Assembly (NCBI GenBank): GCA_002269645.1
Contig: NIVC01000202.1
Location: 434,001-498,000 of the forward strand
Reading direction: 5' to 3'
DNA: 64,000 nt
Source of the DNA: Macrostomum lignano
Taxonomy: Eukaryota
Program-made: the position numbers and the translations under genes
The notes under the pieces: model-generated
Database searches by the model: none
Told to the model about the DNA's origin: nothing
The model's input: the letters and a program-made list of their open reading frames with translations, nothing else
Shown: one piece after another, positions 26,101 to 39,025 of the stretch
Position numbering within the stretch: the first letter of the stretch is position 1
Layout: every line of letters starts with the position of its first letter

Positions 26101-28276
26101 CGGACAGTCTGGGACGGACAAGCATGGCAAAGTGCCATCCAGCCTACTTAACTTTTCTTCACAACAAGAGTAGCTTGTGTGAAATGTAATTCTTGTGCAA
26201 GAAATTTTCTCAAAATGCGTGATTGAGCATTCTGTGTATATTCTGTGGTCACAGGCTGTCAATTCTGACAGCGGGCACTAATTTCGCTATAAAACTTCAG
26301 TGGTCTATGACTTAGTCAAAAAATATAAAGCCTTGAGAACTACAGCACGAATAGAAAGTCTTACTCCACGATGTATCTTATTTTTTGTCATTTGATCTAC
26401 CGTGTATCATATTTGTCACACTTTTGAAGAGGGACGCTACGCTCTGCCCAGAGGGGGAGCCAAGGCACGCAAAATCACTCAACAGATGAAAGATTTTCTT
26501 CTGGATGCAATAGAAGACAACCCCTTTGTCACATTGCTGCAGCTTCGTACTGATCTTTTAGCCGAATTCAATGACGCACTGAAAAGTATTGAAATCTCAA
26601 GCAACTCGAAAGCATTAGACGGCCACCTTTTCACACTGAAGTATGCTTTGAAAGAGGGTGATGTCCCCGAATCCCGAAAAAACGGAAAGAAACAAAATCA
26701 AATGGCTAGATTTCCCGACGTGGCTGGTTGATTTGCCTCCGTCTGTCGAGTTGGTACACATCAAAGAATCTGGATATGGAGTTTGGATGAGACGCGGCTA
26801 TGGAAGAAGTGCTAGGGGCACACGAGTTCGAAGAGACGTGCACTGCACACCCAGAAAAGTCTATCTTGTCACATCAAAACAGTAAACATCACCTTCCGAT
26901 GTTCCGATCTTAATCTATTAACACTATTCTAGCTGCATCATATCGGAAGTATCAACTGAGAGCAACTTCAAGCGCTTTTTCTGGGTGTCTGCCAGAATAT
27001 TGCAGCTCAGCTCCAGTAGAATAGGCCACGCGTGTGATATCGTTGGACGGCGCACGATTTCACCACGGATTACAAATTCCACAGGAATTCGAGAATCGCA
27101 ATTGGCATACCATCATTGGCATGCCACCATATTCTCCACTCCTAAACCCGGGTGAAAGGGGCTGAGTCAGTCAGAGTTCAAAATGAGTTTGCAATGGTGC
27201 CAGCCGATATGACAGCTGGCGATTGGCGCCTCATGGTGTGAACCTTCAGAAGCGCCGTGATGTTGGAGCTATCGGTTGTGTCGCGTGGTATCTGCACACG
27301 TTGCGCTACATAGCACATAGCACATAGCACAGTGTCAGGCTTTGAAAAACATTGCCGGATATAGCTTTAAACTAAATCTTATGATTTCAACAGGTTATAT
27401 TCTGATCCGCAGAGACTTATGCAATATGTTTATTGTTTATTGTTCCATCGTTGTTACCACCATCAAAATAGAAGTTGTCCCTGACAGAAAAATTGGTGTC
27501 CGCTTTCATAGTTAAAAGCCCCCAGTCTATAAACTAGACCGCAAAATGCTATAAGTAAGTAACAATAGTGTTGTGACTCGAGCTGAATTACCTTACAGAG
27601 AATGCAGGAACAACTGAAATTGCGCCCAAACTTTGCTAGCTTGATCTATATGATCCACCTTAGACAAAATACATTACATGCTCTTGCTTAATTTCCGATT
27701 CAGTAGTCCAGAAGGTACAGGTGAGGTAATTAATTTATTGTGAGTTTTTTGTGCTAAAAATGAATGTTTCTGTCTCCCGCAGAGACTATCGTGTGCCAGC
27801 AGTGCCAGATGCCTGACCTGCTATTCAAGGTGGCTTTCTGGCTGGGCTATTGCAACTCTCTGTGCAACCCGGTCATCTACGCCTGCTGGAACCGCGAGTT
27901 CAAGCGCGCCTTCGGGCGAATCCTGGCTTGTCAGCTGGCCAGGCGCGGTCGCAGCCGTCGCTGCGGCTGGCCGAAGAATAAAAAAGCCAGCGACTCGTGC
28001 CAGTCGAACAACTGCCACAGCGTGCGCGTCAGCGGCAGCTGCGTCACCGGGGGTGTCGGCGGAGTCGACATTGAACTGCAACTTGCGGCGTTGGAAGGCG
28101 AAGACAATGGCGGAGCTGGCGGCGCTGGCCTGGACACGTCCTACTTTCCCAAGTGCTCCCTGTGTCCCAGCAGCCGTCCGCAGAGTCCGCTGATCGGCCT
28201 GAGCCGAGGAGGTCGAGGCTTTGCTGCCGCGGCTCTTGCCGCCGCTTCGGCTGCGGACGACTCTGATGAGGATTGA
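14190..28276 (+). CDS. Class A biogenic-amine GPCR, alpha1-adrenergic-receptor-like; exons 14190-14979, 24322-24429, 27783-28276 (463 aa from the annotated Met)
   Basis: TM motifs [67 protein letters not shown] and [15 protein letters not shown]. Both introns are GT-AG phase 1 and join in frame. The true start may lie further upstream. Confidence 0.92.
19160..20165. repeat. 42-bp pyrimidine-rich minisatellite (roughly 23 copies) in GPCR intron 1
   Basis: Unit CCTGCCTCCCTATCCCTTGCCTACTCCTCCCCTACCCTGTCC. It explains the spurious 14-aa-repeat ORFs. Confidence 0.95.
26340..27140 (+). mobile_element. Decayed IS630/Tc1-mariner transposase in GPCR intron 2
   Basis: Fragments in different frames: HTH-like [11 protein letters not shown]...[22 protein letters not shown] (first catalytic D region), VLDGARFH and [10 protein letters not shown]. 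Confidence 0.7.
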
Positions 28277-28820
28277 CCAAGAGTTGTTTTTGATTGCATC
28301 GATTTAACTCAACTGACTGCGAATTTTGTCAAATATTTAATTTCATGTTTGAAAATTGGTTCAACAATGTGTAATAGATGTAGGAAAAATAGCGTTATTT
28401 TCTCCGTAAAAAAGCGCACCCTAATATTTTTAATCTAATTTAAATGCATATTCTACTAATAAGTAGCACCCAGAGGTTCCACCTTATCTCGTATACTATG
28501 CATCTTAGTGTCTCGTCTGTCAAATGCACCTGCATGAAATGAACGGCGAGTGTATCCATGTATCAGAAGACTCCGTCTATATTTATTGTCAAACTGTGCA
28601 AAAATAAATAAGGATTGCAAATAAAATGTTTCAGTTTACAAAAAGAGAGAGAAAGATGGGCAAATGAAGTTGTCTCAAGTTTCGTCCATGTACTCGTACA
28701 TTCTCACATGGATCCGAGCATGTCCGAAGTAGTTTTTCAATAATAAAAACCTGAATAAACTTCCATTAACTTCGTTAGATTGTCAGTATATCGGTGGCCT
28801 TTTTAATAACGCCAACTCAC

Positions 28821-28945
28821 GAAGTACTCATCGCCGACCAAGATGATCTAGATGTACTTTTGATCAGATTCACTGTAGTTGGAATTCGCGTCCCCAGCTT
28901 GGGCGCTCGCCGACTTCGCTGCAGCAGCAGGTGTCCGCGCTCGTT
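28821..28945 (-). pseudogene. ADAM exon-4 homologue (3' part), frameshifted, with CAG->TAG stop
   Basis: Aligns to 59552-59660 including the donor gtgagttggc, with a 2-nt insertion and an in-frame TAG. Confidence 0.8.
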
Positions 28946-28964
28946 GCCAATCTCCAAGAGACAG

Positions 28965-29221
<257 letters not shown>

Positions 29222-29243
29222 GTTCATAACAACGCCAACTCAC

Positions 29244-29450
29244 AAAGAATTCATCGCCCACCAGGATGATCTGGATGTACTTTCAATCAGACTCACTGTA
29301 GTTGGAGTTCGTGTCCAGCTTGAGCGCTCGCCGAATTCGCTGCAGCAGCAGCCGCCGGTGCCCGTCGGTGGGCTGCGGCGGAGAGGCTTTGACGGGCGAG
29401 CCGGACACGCCGCAGTTGGCCTCGGGGGGGGGGGGCGAGGCCAGCGGGCA
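29244..29450 (-). pseudogene. ADAM exon-4 homologue, 5'-truncated, with CGA->TGA stop
   Basis: CGVSGSPVKASPPQPTD...[14 protein letters not shown] matches functional exon 59837-59552 and has the same donor. Confidence 0.85.
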
Positions 29451-30599
29451 TGGTCAATTAAAAGAATGGTCATCTTTACTGCCCCAGTTCAAATGCAATC
29501 GGTGATTTTGTAGTAAAGAGTGACATAATGGGTGAATGGACATCTACCCCTCGTATACAAGAAGCCGCGAATTGGGCAATTGAGAATACAAATAGACAAA
29601 GAGGATAGCTACAGATTTTTGTCCTATCTCAGCAGTGTATTTTTACAGGAAATTGGCCTCTAAAAGTTACACTATCCTTGATTGTATAACACCCTGAGAT
29701 ACTGCTAGTGGTCCTTGCTATGCTAATGTCAAACCATACACTAAGAGAAATTGAGAGAAATCCTCCATGGATTTTTACAAGCATAAAACCCACATTTATT
29801 GTACCTTTAACGAGCTTAGGCCAATCCAGTCGGTATGGCCCTAAGTTTTATAGCGATAGCAACTAGATTGTATAGTTTACAATGCTGAAGAAGCTTTACT
29901 TTCAGCTATTCTGTTGCTATAACACATAGAAGAGCTAGTGAAGAAAGAGACAGACACAATACACTGTACAATAAGCTTGTTAAGTCTTACTCAACTTGAG
30001 CCTTGCTTTCGATGACACTTAAACAGCCTGAATGTACATCTACCCCTCGTATATAAGAAGCTGCGAATTGGGTAAGTTTGCCGTTAACAGAAATCAAAAT
30101 GAAATCCATGATATATTTGATGAGGACGCACTTTTTTCCAAACCCCGCGCTAGCACATGGGCTCTAAACTTACTAGCCTACTAACAGTGGGCAATGAGCA
30201 TTTTTATCCTCTTTCTGCGGATTGTCATAGAATCTATACTAGATATAATGTCTGGTCATACTAGTAGTCATAATAACATAGGCGCAGCTTTTTGGGTCAT
30301 AAATCATCGCTTTCAAAGCTGGTCTGACAGCCACCTGCGCCTCACTCAGTGTTGAGGCGGGCGCCAGATGGTCTGAGAGGATGCGGGCGGTAGCTTTTTT
30401 CTCATCATTTTGACAGGCCATCAATATTTATGAGGTCAGAGCCTATTGTTCGTGTTCACTCAAGCGTGTGACAGCTTTGACAGCTATGCGTTTTACCCCT
30501 AAAAGTACTTGGGGATTAGCGATTAGTGATTTCTCTTCATTATCTTCACTTTTTATTTAATAAGAGCTTTCTAATGTATATTTTTTCATTAATTTCTGT

Positions 30600-32100
30600 C
30601 AATCCTCCGCGAAAAGTCACATCATTTTGTTGCGATTTTTATTGATTTATGGCCGCACCTGTCATCTTTTTACGACCCTGTGGGAACTGATAGGACATCC
30701 TGGTCACGTGATTCTGGGTAGCGACAAGCTTAGCCAATCAGAAAATTCGGCGCTCATTTTAACAAATCGGCTCAGCCAATCAGAATCGACGTGTTCCATT
30801 ATAACAAACTGCGGTCCAGTTGGCGGCTATTTAAACCGGTGTTTTTGGCCCGCTCGGACTCCAACTTGCTCGGGCCCAGCACGCAACTTCTGGTTCCCGG
30901 AGCGCGACCGTCGTTTCTTGATCCCGGATTGCGACTTCCCCCCATCATCATCAAGGACGAATCCCTCGGTTATCAGCAGCGAACATCAAGATTAAGAACA
31001 TCACCTGCTAGCTATTTGCGAAGGTTGTGACATCAGCATCATCCCGGGCCTACAGCTGCGAAGGCCTAAGCCGATTCGGTCACTGTGGATTACCTGGTCT
31101 CCGGCTGTTGAGTTTCTGATTGGTTGGGTGAGAGGCTACCTAGACTTGCTTGATTGGGTGATTTCCTATCTGTCCCCTGTTTCAATAGCTGGATTAGGCG
31201 CACACTTTTGCTCTTTTTGTTCAGTAGTGCTGTTGCTGAGGCAGAAGACATTCAATAATACTGTTAGTAGTCTAAACATTTTGTTAGTAGTCTGAAACTC
31301 CAATACAATCTGAAGTGTGAAGTGATCTAAGGAGAAGGTTAAATCTGACAGTTATTTTTATCGGTTTTATTTCTTTGTTCGCCGATGGCTCAGATGAGTA
31401 GCTAAGCTAGTAGGCGCCGGTCACAGTGGACAAATGGCAAGGCAGTTCTCAGTCGATCAATCTATCAAATCAGTTAGCGAAACTGCCAGGAGTGCTGAAT
31501 CGGCGCCAGAGATGTACTTTGTGCACTCTAGGTTAGCCAAGCGGCTCGGGTAATGAATCACGCGGTCTCTGATGTTCGAGTTAGTCTATCATCAGCGCTA
31601 TGAGAGGCTAGTTAGCGCGTTGAAGGCCAAAAGTACATACTTTCGTATTTAGCAACGTAATAGTACATGTAGCTACCCCATAGTCTCACCACTGCAAGAA
31701 TCCCCTGCACAAGTCCCCTCTGTACCTGCATGGCCAATGCGATCTAGTCCCAGCAGTGTCCCTTATCATCGGCTATGACTTCGAGATTGACAGCAAAAAT
31801 ACACTAGTTGGCAGGTAAGTGCAAAGCCCCTTCTAGTCGGAAGCCTGATTTCGAGAGTCCCGGTGTGGTGAGCCAGGACGCACGGGCTGGTGGCAGCGAG
31901 TTAGCTAACCTGCGGGTCAACTAATTTCTACCTTCAAAATTCTCCCTGCTTGTCTCTCGCTGTCCCTCTCTTAGCTATAGGACCTAGACTGCTCGCCACA
32001 CGATCAAGCTACCATGGGGCTGACCATCTGACAGAGTGGGGGCCAGGACTCTAAGCGATTCATTTCTGAGCCTGAGGCCCGAAGGCTTCCCCACAAGGGG
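30600..32100 (+). mobile_element. Probable degenerate LTR retrotransposon remnant (promoter-like segment plus decayed gag/pol)
   Basis: Two AGCCAATCAGA CCAAT boxes and TATTTAAA at about 30730-30835, followed by GC-richer broken coding-like sequence. No intact motif was read. Confidence 0.35.
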
Positions 32101-32557
32101 GCCGGAAGGTCGAAAGCCATCATATTTGGCATACAAATAGACTAAATAGCATAGCTACATAGTCCTGCCTGGTCAATAATATCACTTTGCAAACAGCAAT
32201 TGCCAAACCCAGTTTCTGTACAGCATGGTTTCGAAAGAAAGTTCAACAGGAAAACATCGTTTTGTAAGGCGGACAAGAAATATACGGTATCGGCTGCATG
32301 CCGAATTTATATTTTAAATTGGCGCCAATTTCAGCGCAAAATAATCCAGAAATAAATGTCTGACAACTCAAAATTTCACAGCTGGAATGATTTTTGCAGA
32401 TTTTTTTCTGCTCAAGCAAAGAAATATTTTGGTAAATAGCTCTCAATTACGAGCTAAAATTGAAAAATTTACAAACAAATATGGCATATCCATCAAGTTT
32501 GTTTATTGACGGGAATCTCTGACAATATTATCCTTCTTTGCGTTTCTCTTGCCTTGT

Positions 32558-33833
32558 CTAAATCTGGCACATCAAAGCTGACTGCTGCTTCAGTAGCTGA
32601 AAAAGCAGAAACAGAGGCAGTACAGCGATCAGCCAGTTTGCGACCCTGCTAGTGCTGGCGTCCTTGGTCTCGGCTTTGGGTCTCCAGGGAGGATTTTTGG
32701 GTGGCGGTGCTAGATTTGCAGCTGAAGTGAAATTAGGAAAATTCAAATGGGCGCGCTGTATTCGAATCGTGTGAAATTTTACGATCAAGCAGAGAATACC
32801 GAGCGCAGTAGCATGAGGCCACCGAGAAATGAGAAAGCGATGTCGGTTGCATTTCTATTCGTTCTTCTACATTTCAGCCAGAAACTGTACTTTTGACATT
32901 TTTGTCGGAACTAGAAGCGAATCCCACTCAGAATAGGTGATTGATCTGATCACCCAAACGCTTTAAACTATCTCACAGAAATCGCGAGAAAATGATTAGC
33001 ATCGTTCAGTCGAAGGATAAATAAGCAGAATTGCGACCAACAGGGAAGTAAGTATTTGATTTGCCTAAATTGGGTCAAATTCACTCCTTCTGCTGTTGGC
33101 ATTCTATCTAAAGCGAGACAGTGAGACTGTGCGACCATAAGACACTACTGTTACAGGACAAACGGTTTTGGCCTTTAGAAAAATTACAAAAAAACATTCA
33201 CTCACTAGGGTTCGACCCCGGAGCTGCAGTAGGCGGCGGAGCAGGTGTGGGTTTCGGTTGGCCTGAAATTTGAGTTGCGAGCTGAGTCTTGCAAGAGAGA
33301 TATGAATCTGGCTGGAGGGGCTGGAGAGGGGTGAAGAAGGCTGGAGAGGGCTGAAGAGGGCTCGAGAGGGCTGGAGAGGGCTCGAGAGGCCTGGAGAGGG
33401 CTGGAGAGGGCTCAAGAGGCCTGGAGAGGGCTGGAGAGGGCTCGAGAGGCCTGGAGAGGGCTGGAGAGGGCTCGAGAGGCCTGGAGAGGGCTCGAGAGGG
33501 CTGGAGTGGGCTCGAGAGGGCTGGAGAGGGCTGGAGAGGGCTGGATAAGGGCCTGGAGAGACAGGGGTGACAGGGAGATGGGAGGAAGAAAATCGGATAA
33601 ATGGAGAGCAAGGGATACGAATGCATTGGGATTTGGACTGGGTCAGGCGGAAAGTAGGATGTGGGGAGTTGGAGCGGCTCTGTGCAAGACGGGTATATGA
33701 CTGGAGTTGAGTAGACAGGCAGCAGATATGAGTTCAGTCGGCCTGACTTACTTTTCTTGGAAGATGAACACGCCTCGCTGCAGAGCAGTGCTGCAGCAAG
33801 ACAGCTCAGAAGCAGCAGCCATCGGACAGACAT
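32558..33833 (-). CDS. Small Pro-rich surface protein family, copy 1 (signal peptide plus GPI/TM-like C-terminus); exons 33833-33752, 33262-33206, 32721-32558
   Basis: MSVRWLLLLSCLAAALLCSEACSSSKK|SQPKPTPAPPPTAAPGSNP|TANLAPPPKNPPWRPKAETKDASTSRVANWLIAVLPLFLLFQLLKQQSALMCQI*. All introns are GT-AG phase 1. Confidence 0.85.
33305..33560. repeat. (GGGCTGGAGA)n 10-bp repeat in copy 1 intron 1
   Basis: Seen directly. The same motif occurs at about 36290-36440, 37890-37940, 44030-44280, 45050-45160 and 49570-49800. Confidence 0.9.
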
Positions 33834-34689
33834 CTTCAATGCAGAAAAAGCAGCAGAAGCGCTTTGAACTCGAAAGCTTGAGATGTCGAATTCGACTGAC
33901 GACAAAAGTTTTCTGCAAAGTCGGTCTTCTCTCTGCGGATGAAAAACGTAACTCGATAGCCAGAAGCTCTATTTTTTCGGTTTCATTTATAGACAAGTAC
34001 CAGCTTGAACCGCTGGGTTGCTTGAGGCTGATAATTTTCTATATACTAAAAATAAATGTGCCCATAATTCTTGTTTGCGAGCCTCTTAGCTGCTGAGCTG
34101 CAGCCATAGACAGTTCTGTACAAAGCGATTCCTGTCTCTCTAGCAGCGTCAGAGGGCCTACGATTGTCTATGCCAAAACACCAACCATACGGGTATGCGG
34201 AGCCGTGCACTTTTTTGCAATGCAAGGGAAACCCAATTTAATTGGGTTCAAGGAAATTCACTTTAACAGTCTGAATTACCCCATGTATATCCGCAAATCA
34301 AACGGTATTTAAGGCAAATATGGCCAAAATGCTTTGCCCCAGCAGTAACCGGGCCTCCAACCCCGTTTTTGCGCAACAATGCAACAAGCGCAACCACAGC
34401 GGCCATTATTGAATAGAGTTATAATTTTAACACTGAGACCCTATTATAAGTGTTTCGCTGCAGAAGTGTTTTGCACAGTTTGCTTTAGTAACCAAGTGAC
34501 CAAGTCTGCATTTTCAATGATGAAACAACGCGCCTGAAGTACCCATGCAAGCGAGTGACAAATTAGTCTTTAGATGGAGAAGACATGCGGCTAATGCATA
34601 TTATACAAGAACCTAATTATTTGGAGCGTTGCGGGTCGCGGTGATGCAGCAGGATTCGCCCGGCCGGTTTAAGCTTCAGCTGGAGGTAG

Positions 34690-35340
34690 GCTTATTTATG
34701 CTCGGCTATCCACAGATACAAACTAGCAGTCTTGAGCATTGTGGTGACCAGGTCCTGCAACGGTGTGTCTGAAGTGCGGGATGAAGCGGCGATAGAATCC
34801 GATGGTGCCGAGGAATCCGCGTAGAGCCTGGAAGTTCGTTGAACCGACCACTCGGGGATGGTTGCTACCTCAGAGTCAAGGGGTTGAATGCCATCAGCGG
34901 ACACTAGATGACCTAGGAAGGTGATTTACTGCTGCAGGAAAACGCACTTGCTTAGCTGGACTTTCAGATCGTGCAGTTTTATGCGTTGGAGTCCAAACGG
35001 CGTAATAATGGCTGTCTTTAGAATGTCGTCTTCAGCGATTGAAATCTGGCAATAGGCGCGAACCAGATCTACGCTCGTAGCTTGGAGTAGAACTGGGTTT
35101 CATGGAGGCGCCGCGTGAAGCACCGTATGTGGGGCACTGGTTAGTGATCCACTTGGGTGATCTTATCTAGTCCACGGCAACCCTCACAGAGTCGCTATTT
35201 GCCGTTGGGCTTGCCATCGTCCTTCTTAAGTGCCATGTAATGCGGAGATGCGGGGATTGCAGTGGCCTGGATAGGCTAGTGAAACGGCGAGATGTCCGCG
35301 GCGGTCACCGGCAGTGTGCAGTCTTGTCGGCGGTGGATCA
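34690..35340 (-). mobile_element. Decayed Gypsy reverse transcriptase fragment with internal deletion
   Basis: The minus strand gives HMALKKDDG, DLVRAYCQISIAEDDILKTAIITPFG, then jumps to KCVFLQQ*ITFLGHLVSADGIQP. The YxDD segment is missing. Confidence 0.75.
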
Positions 35341-35536
35341 ACTAGTTGATGCGTCTGGTAGTCGACAAGAAGACCAAACACTTTTATTAAAAAAATCCTA
35401 TATCATGGTTCTATAAGATTTTTCATTGTACGAGGTATCAGCAAGTTAACTTTTACAAGCATAAAATCCACACTTTATGTACCTTTAACGAGCTTGGGCC
35501 AATCCAGTCGGTATGGCGCTAAGTTTTATAGCGTTA

Positions 35537-35718
35537 CCTCGGCGGTTCGCCTACCTCGGCGGTCTGGTTCCTGGCGCGTCCGCGAGGATCTGCGGCGTCG
35601 CCGCGGGCTGGCTGACGCCGGCGCCCCGGATTCGACCGGCGGCATGGCGTTCATTCGCGACCTGGCCTTAAAGCGCGCCCTGTGACGCTAACTGCGTATT
35701 CTGTTGTTGTTGTTGTTG
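35537..35718 (+). mobile_element. 5'-truncated non-LTR retrotransposon 3' end with (TGT)n tail
   Basis: A GC-rich 182-bp insert ending CTGTTGTTGTTGTTGTTG, flanked by the 12-bp TSD TTTATAGCGTTA (35525-36 and 35719-30). The empty site is seen in the paralogous blocks near 29847 and 60415. Confidence 0.85.
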
Positions 35719-35980
35719 TTTATAGCGTTAGCAACTAGATTGTAATCGTTTGTAATTCAGTACAAACTTTACTTTCAGCTATTCTGCAGATATAACACAG
35801 TGAAGAGCTAGTGAACAGAGAGGCAGATACAAAACAAGCATGTTAAGTCCTACTCTATTTGAGTCTTGCATTTGATGACGCTTGATCTTACTTGAGCACA
35901 CTAATTGATGCACCTACGCTCGTATGCTCGTGTCTAACTCCATCTGCGGCGAAATTTTCAACAACACGGGCCGCTCGCAC

Positions 35981-36160
35981 CTGATCAGACCGTTCCGTTG
36001 TTTCACAACAGCCAGACTGCCTTCGGGCTCCACGTCGCCTTAGTAAAAACAGATAAAAAACTCTTGCTGTCGATGAGAGCTCAGAAATTTGAACCTATGG
36101 CCTCCATTTTCACCAAAGTGAGACTTGACGTTTGTGCTGTCGGAGCTGTGGAGAAATTCT
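35981..36160 (-). pseudogene. ADAM exon-3 (prodomain) homologue with CAA->TAA stop
   Basis: Same acceptor (gccgattatttcag) and donor (gtgcga) as 60780-60607. Reads EFLHSSDS...ICFY*GDVEPEGSLAVVKQRNGLI. Confidence 0.85.
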
Positions 36161-37090
36161 CTGAAATAATCGGCAGAAAATGTTAGACGACATCAGGGAC
36201 TTGGGTACGATGGGACTCAGGGACATCAAGGGACTCTAGGACACCAAGGGCCTCAAGGACACAAAAGACTCGAGGATTGTAGAGGGCTGGAGAGGTCTGG
36301 AGAGGGCTGGAGAGGGCTGGAGAGGTCTGGAGAGGTCTGGAGAGGGCTGGAGAGGGCTGGAGAGGGCTGGAGAGGTCTGGAGAGGGCTGGAGAGGGCTGG
36401 AGAGGGCTGGAGAGGGTTGGAGAGGGCTGGAGAGGGCTGTAGGGAAAATTATGTTTCCATTTTTTTCTATCCGTTTGTCATGTGCCATTCCGAACAATTA
36501 TTTCTATAACCAAAATCTTTGGCAGAAAAAATTCAATCATAAATGACTCGCATTGATCAGCCAGCCTGAATCTACATCTACCCCTCGTATATAAGAAGCT
36601 GCGAATTGGGTAAGTTTCCCGTTAACTGAAATCAAAATGAAATCCATGTTATACTTGGCACACAAATAGACAAGATAGCATTGCTACATTATATATTCGT
36701 GTCTGGGTAGTTTAATAATTTTGCAGACAGTAACTGCAAACCCAGTTTCTGTACAGCATGGTTTCGAAAGAAAGTTAAACAACAAAATATCGTTTTGTAA
36801 GGCGGACAAGAAATATACGTTATCGGCTGCATACCGAATTTATATTTTAAATTGGTGCCAATTTTAGAGCAAAATAAACCAGAAATGAATGTCTGACAAC
36901 TCAAAATTTTACAACTGGAATGATTTTTTGTAGATTTTCTTCTGCTCAAGCAAAGAGATATTTGGTTAAATAACTTGCAATTAAAAACTTTCAAGTTACA
37001 AATAAATATGGCATATCCATCAAGTTTGTTTATTGACGGGAATCTCGGACAATATCCTTCTTTGCGTTTCTCTCGGCTTGTCTAAATCTG

Positions 37091-38175
37091 TCACACCAAA
37101 GCTGACTGCTGCTTCAGTAGCTGAAAAAGCAGAAACAGAGGCAGTACGGCAATCAGCCAGTTTGCGACCCTGCTAGTGCTGGCGTCCTTGGTCTCGGCGT
37201 TGGGTCTGTCGGGGCCTTTAGGCTGCTGTGGTGGTAGCGCTGGAGTGAAATTAGAAAAATTGATTCGAATTCGAATTAAGTTGAATCGTTAAGTAGCTGA
37301 AATATAGTAAAGCGCATCCAGTGGGGTGAAGGCAGACAGTGATGCAGTGAGACAGTGTAACAGTGAGATGGTGGGTGAGTAAGTGAGTAAGACGGTAAAA
37401 GAGCCAGAGAGTGATATAGTGATACAGTGTGAGACATAGTGAGACTATAGTGAGTCTCATAGTGAGACTCATAGAGTCGCATAGAGTCTCATAGAGTCTC
37501 ATAGAGCCTCATAGAGTCTCATAGAGCCTCATAGAGTCTCATAGAGTCTCATAGAGTCTCATAGAGTTTCATAGAGTTTCATAGAGTCTCATAGAGTCTC
37601 ATAGAGTCTCATAGAGTCTCATAGTGAGACTATGAGACTGATTAGGGGGGAGGAGAGACACAGTGAGAAGTCACTTTGACAGTGCGACAATGGAAGACAG
37701 AGTGAGACTGTGCGACGGTGGAATGAGACACACTTCCATTGCAAGGCTTTTAGAAAAATTACTGACAAAATAATTCACTTACTGGCGTTGGAGCCCGGAG
37801 GTACAGTAGGCGGAGGCGGAGGCGGAGGCGGTGCGGGTTTCGGTTTGCCTGAAATTTGAGTTGCGTGTCTTGCTGGAGAGACATGAAACTGGCTGGAGAG
37901 GGCTGGAGAGGGCTGGAGAGGGCTGGAGAGGGCTGGAGAGTGCCGAAGAGACTGGAGAGACAGGGAGATGGAAGGAAGGAGTATCGGATAAATGGAGAGC
38001 TGGAGCGGGAGGTAGTTGGAGCGCGTCTGGGCAAGACCGGTATTTGACTGGAGTTGAGTAGGCAGCAGATCCAATTCAGTCGGCCTGACTTACTTTTCTT
38101 GGAAGATGAACACGCCTCGCTGCAGAGCAGTGCTGCAGCAAGACAGCTCAGAAGCAGCAGCCATCGGACAGACAT
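37091..38175 (-). CDS. Small Pro-rich surface protein family, copy 2; exons 38175-38094, 37848-37783, 37239-37091
   Basis: Exon 1 protein is the same as copy 1. Exon 2 is SKPKPAPPPPPPPPTVPPGSNA. Exon 3 is TLPPQQPKGPDRPNAETKDASTSRVANWLIAVLPLFLLFQLLKQQSALV* (TGC->TGA trims the last 3 aa). Splices are phase 1 throughout. Confidence 0.85.
37470..37625. repeat. (AGAGTCTCAT)n 10-bp repeat in copy 2 intron 2
   Basis: Seen directly. It is not expanded in the paralogous intron of copy 4. Confidence 0.9.
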
Positions 38176-38774
38176 CTTCAATGCAGAAAAAGCAGCAGAA
38201 TCGCTTCGTACTGGAGAGCTTGAGATTTCCAATTTGACTGACGACAAAAGTTTTTTGCAAAGTCCGTCTTCTCTCTGCGGGTCTCTTAGCTGCTGAGCTG
38301 CAGCCACAGACAGTTCTGTACAAAGCGATTCCTGTCTCGCTAGCAGCGTCAGAGGGACGACGATTGTCTATGGCAAAACACCAGCCATACGAGCATGCGG
38401 AGCCGTGCACTTTTATTGCAGTTCAAGGTTTTCCCCAAGTAACTTTTAGTGGTCCTTGGTTTTCCCGTTTTCAAGTGTAACAGCTTTTTAAATAGAATCT
38501 TCGAACCTGCAGTTACAATGAAGACAAAAAGTTGAAGCCGGTGTTTCAATGCCGCAGTTGCCACGTCCTTTTCGTCTACGACATGAGTTGTGGCTAGATT
38601 GTTGTAAGAAGGGAACGGATGCTCAGAGATTTAAATAAAATTAAATACCTCGCATCTTAGTGACATAGCTAATTCCGGGGACTGCATGGTCTTTCTCATT
38701 TTGCAGTTTGCTAATGACAAAGTCAACCAACAGACCATTGATCAGCAGCCGATCGTCGAGCCCGGTCCGCGGCA

Positions 38775-39025
38775 GAGTCGAGCCTCAGTGCGCTATTGCG
38801 CGGCGCATCGGAAGGCTGCTTACGGCTGTTTAGTCCAAGGACTGGGGGGACGCCACACACACCCTCAATTACCCCAGCTGATGCTGGCACCCATTTTACA
38901 GCTGGGTGAACTGAAGCAGTGCAGAGCAAAGTGTCTCGCTCAATGACACAAATCGTTCCGGTAGGATTAAGAATCGAGCCCCGACCTTCAAGTCTTGAGT
39001 CCGACGCTCTGACCACTAGGCTAGG
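38775..39025 (-). mobile_element. tRNA-CORE SINE (copy B)
   Basis: Colinear with 1084-1352. Confidence 0.8.

Noticed and set aside
33198-33905. Single-exon 235-aa ORF (and 37759-38307, 49056-49916) as the real proteins
   Set aside because: They run through a conserved gtaagt donor and a microsatellite intron, and their length and frame differ among copies, whereas the spliced models agree in all four.
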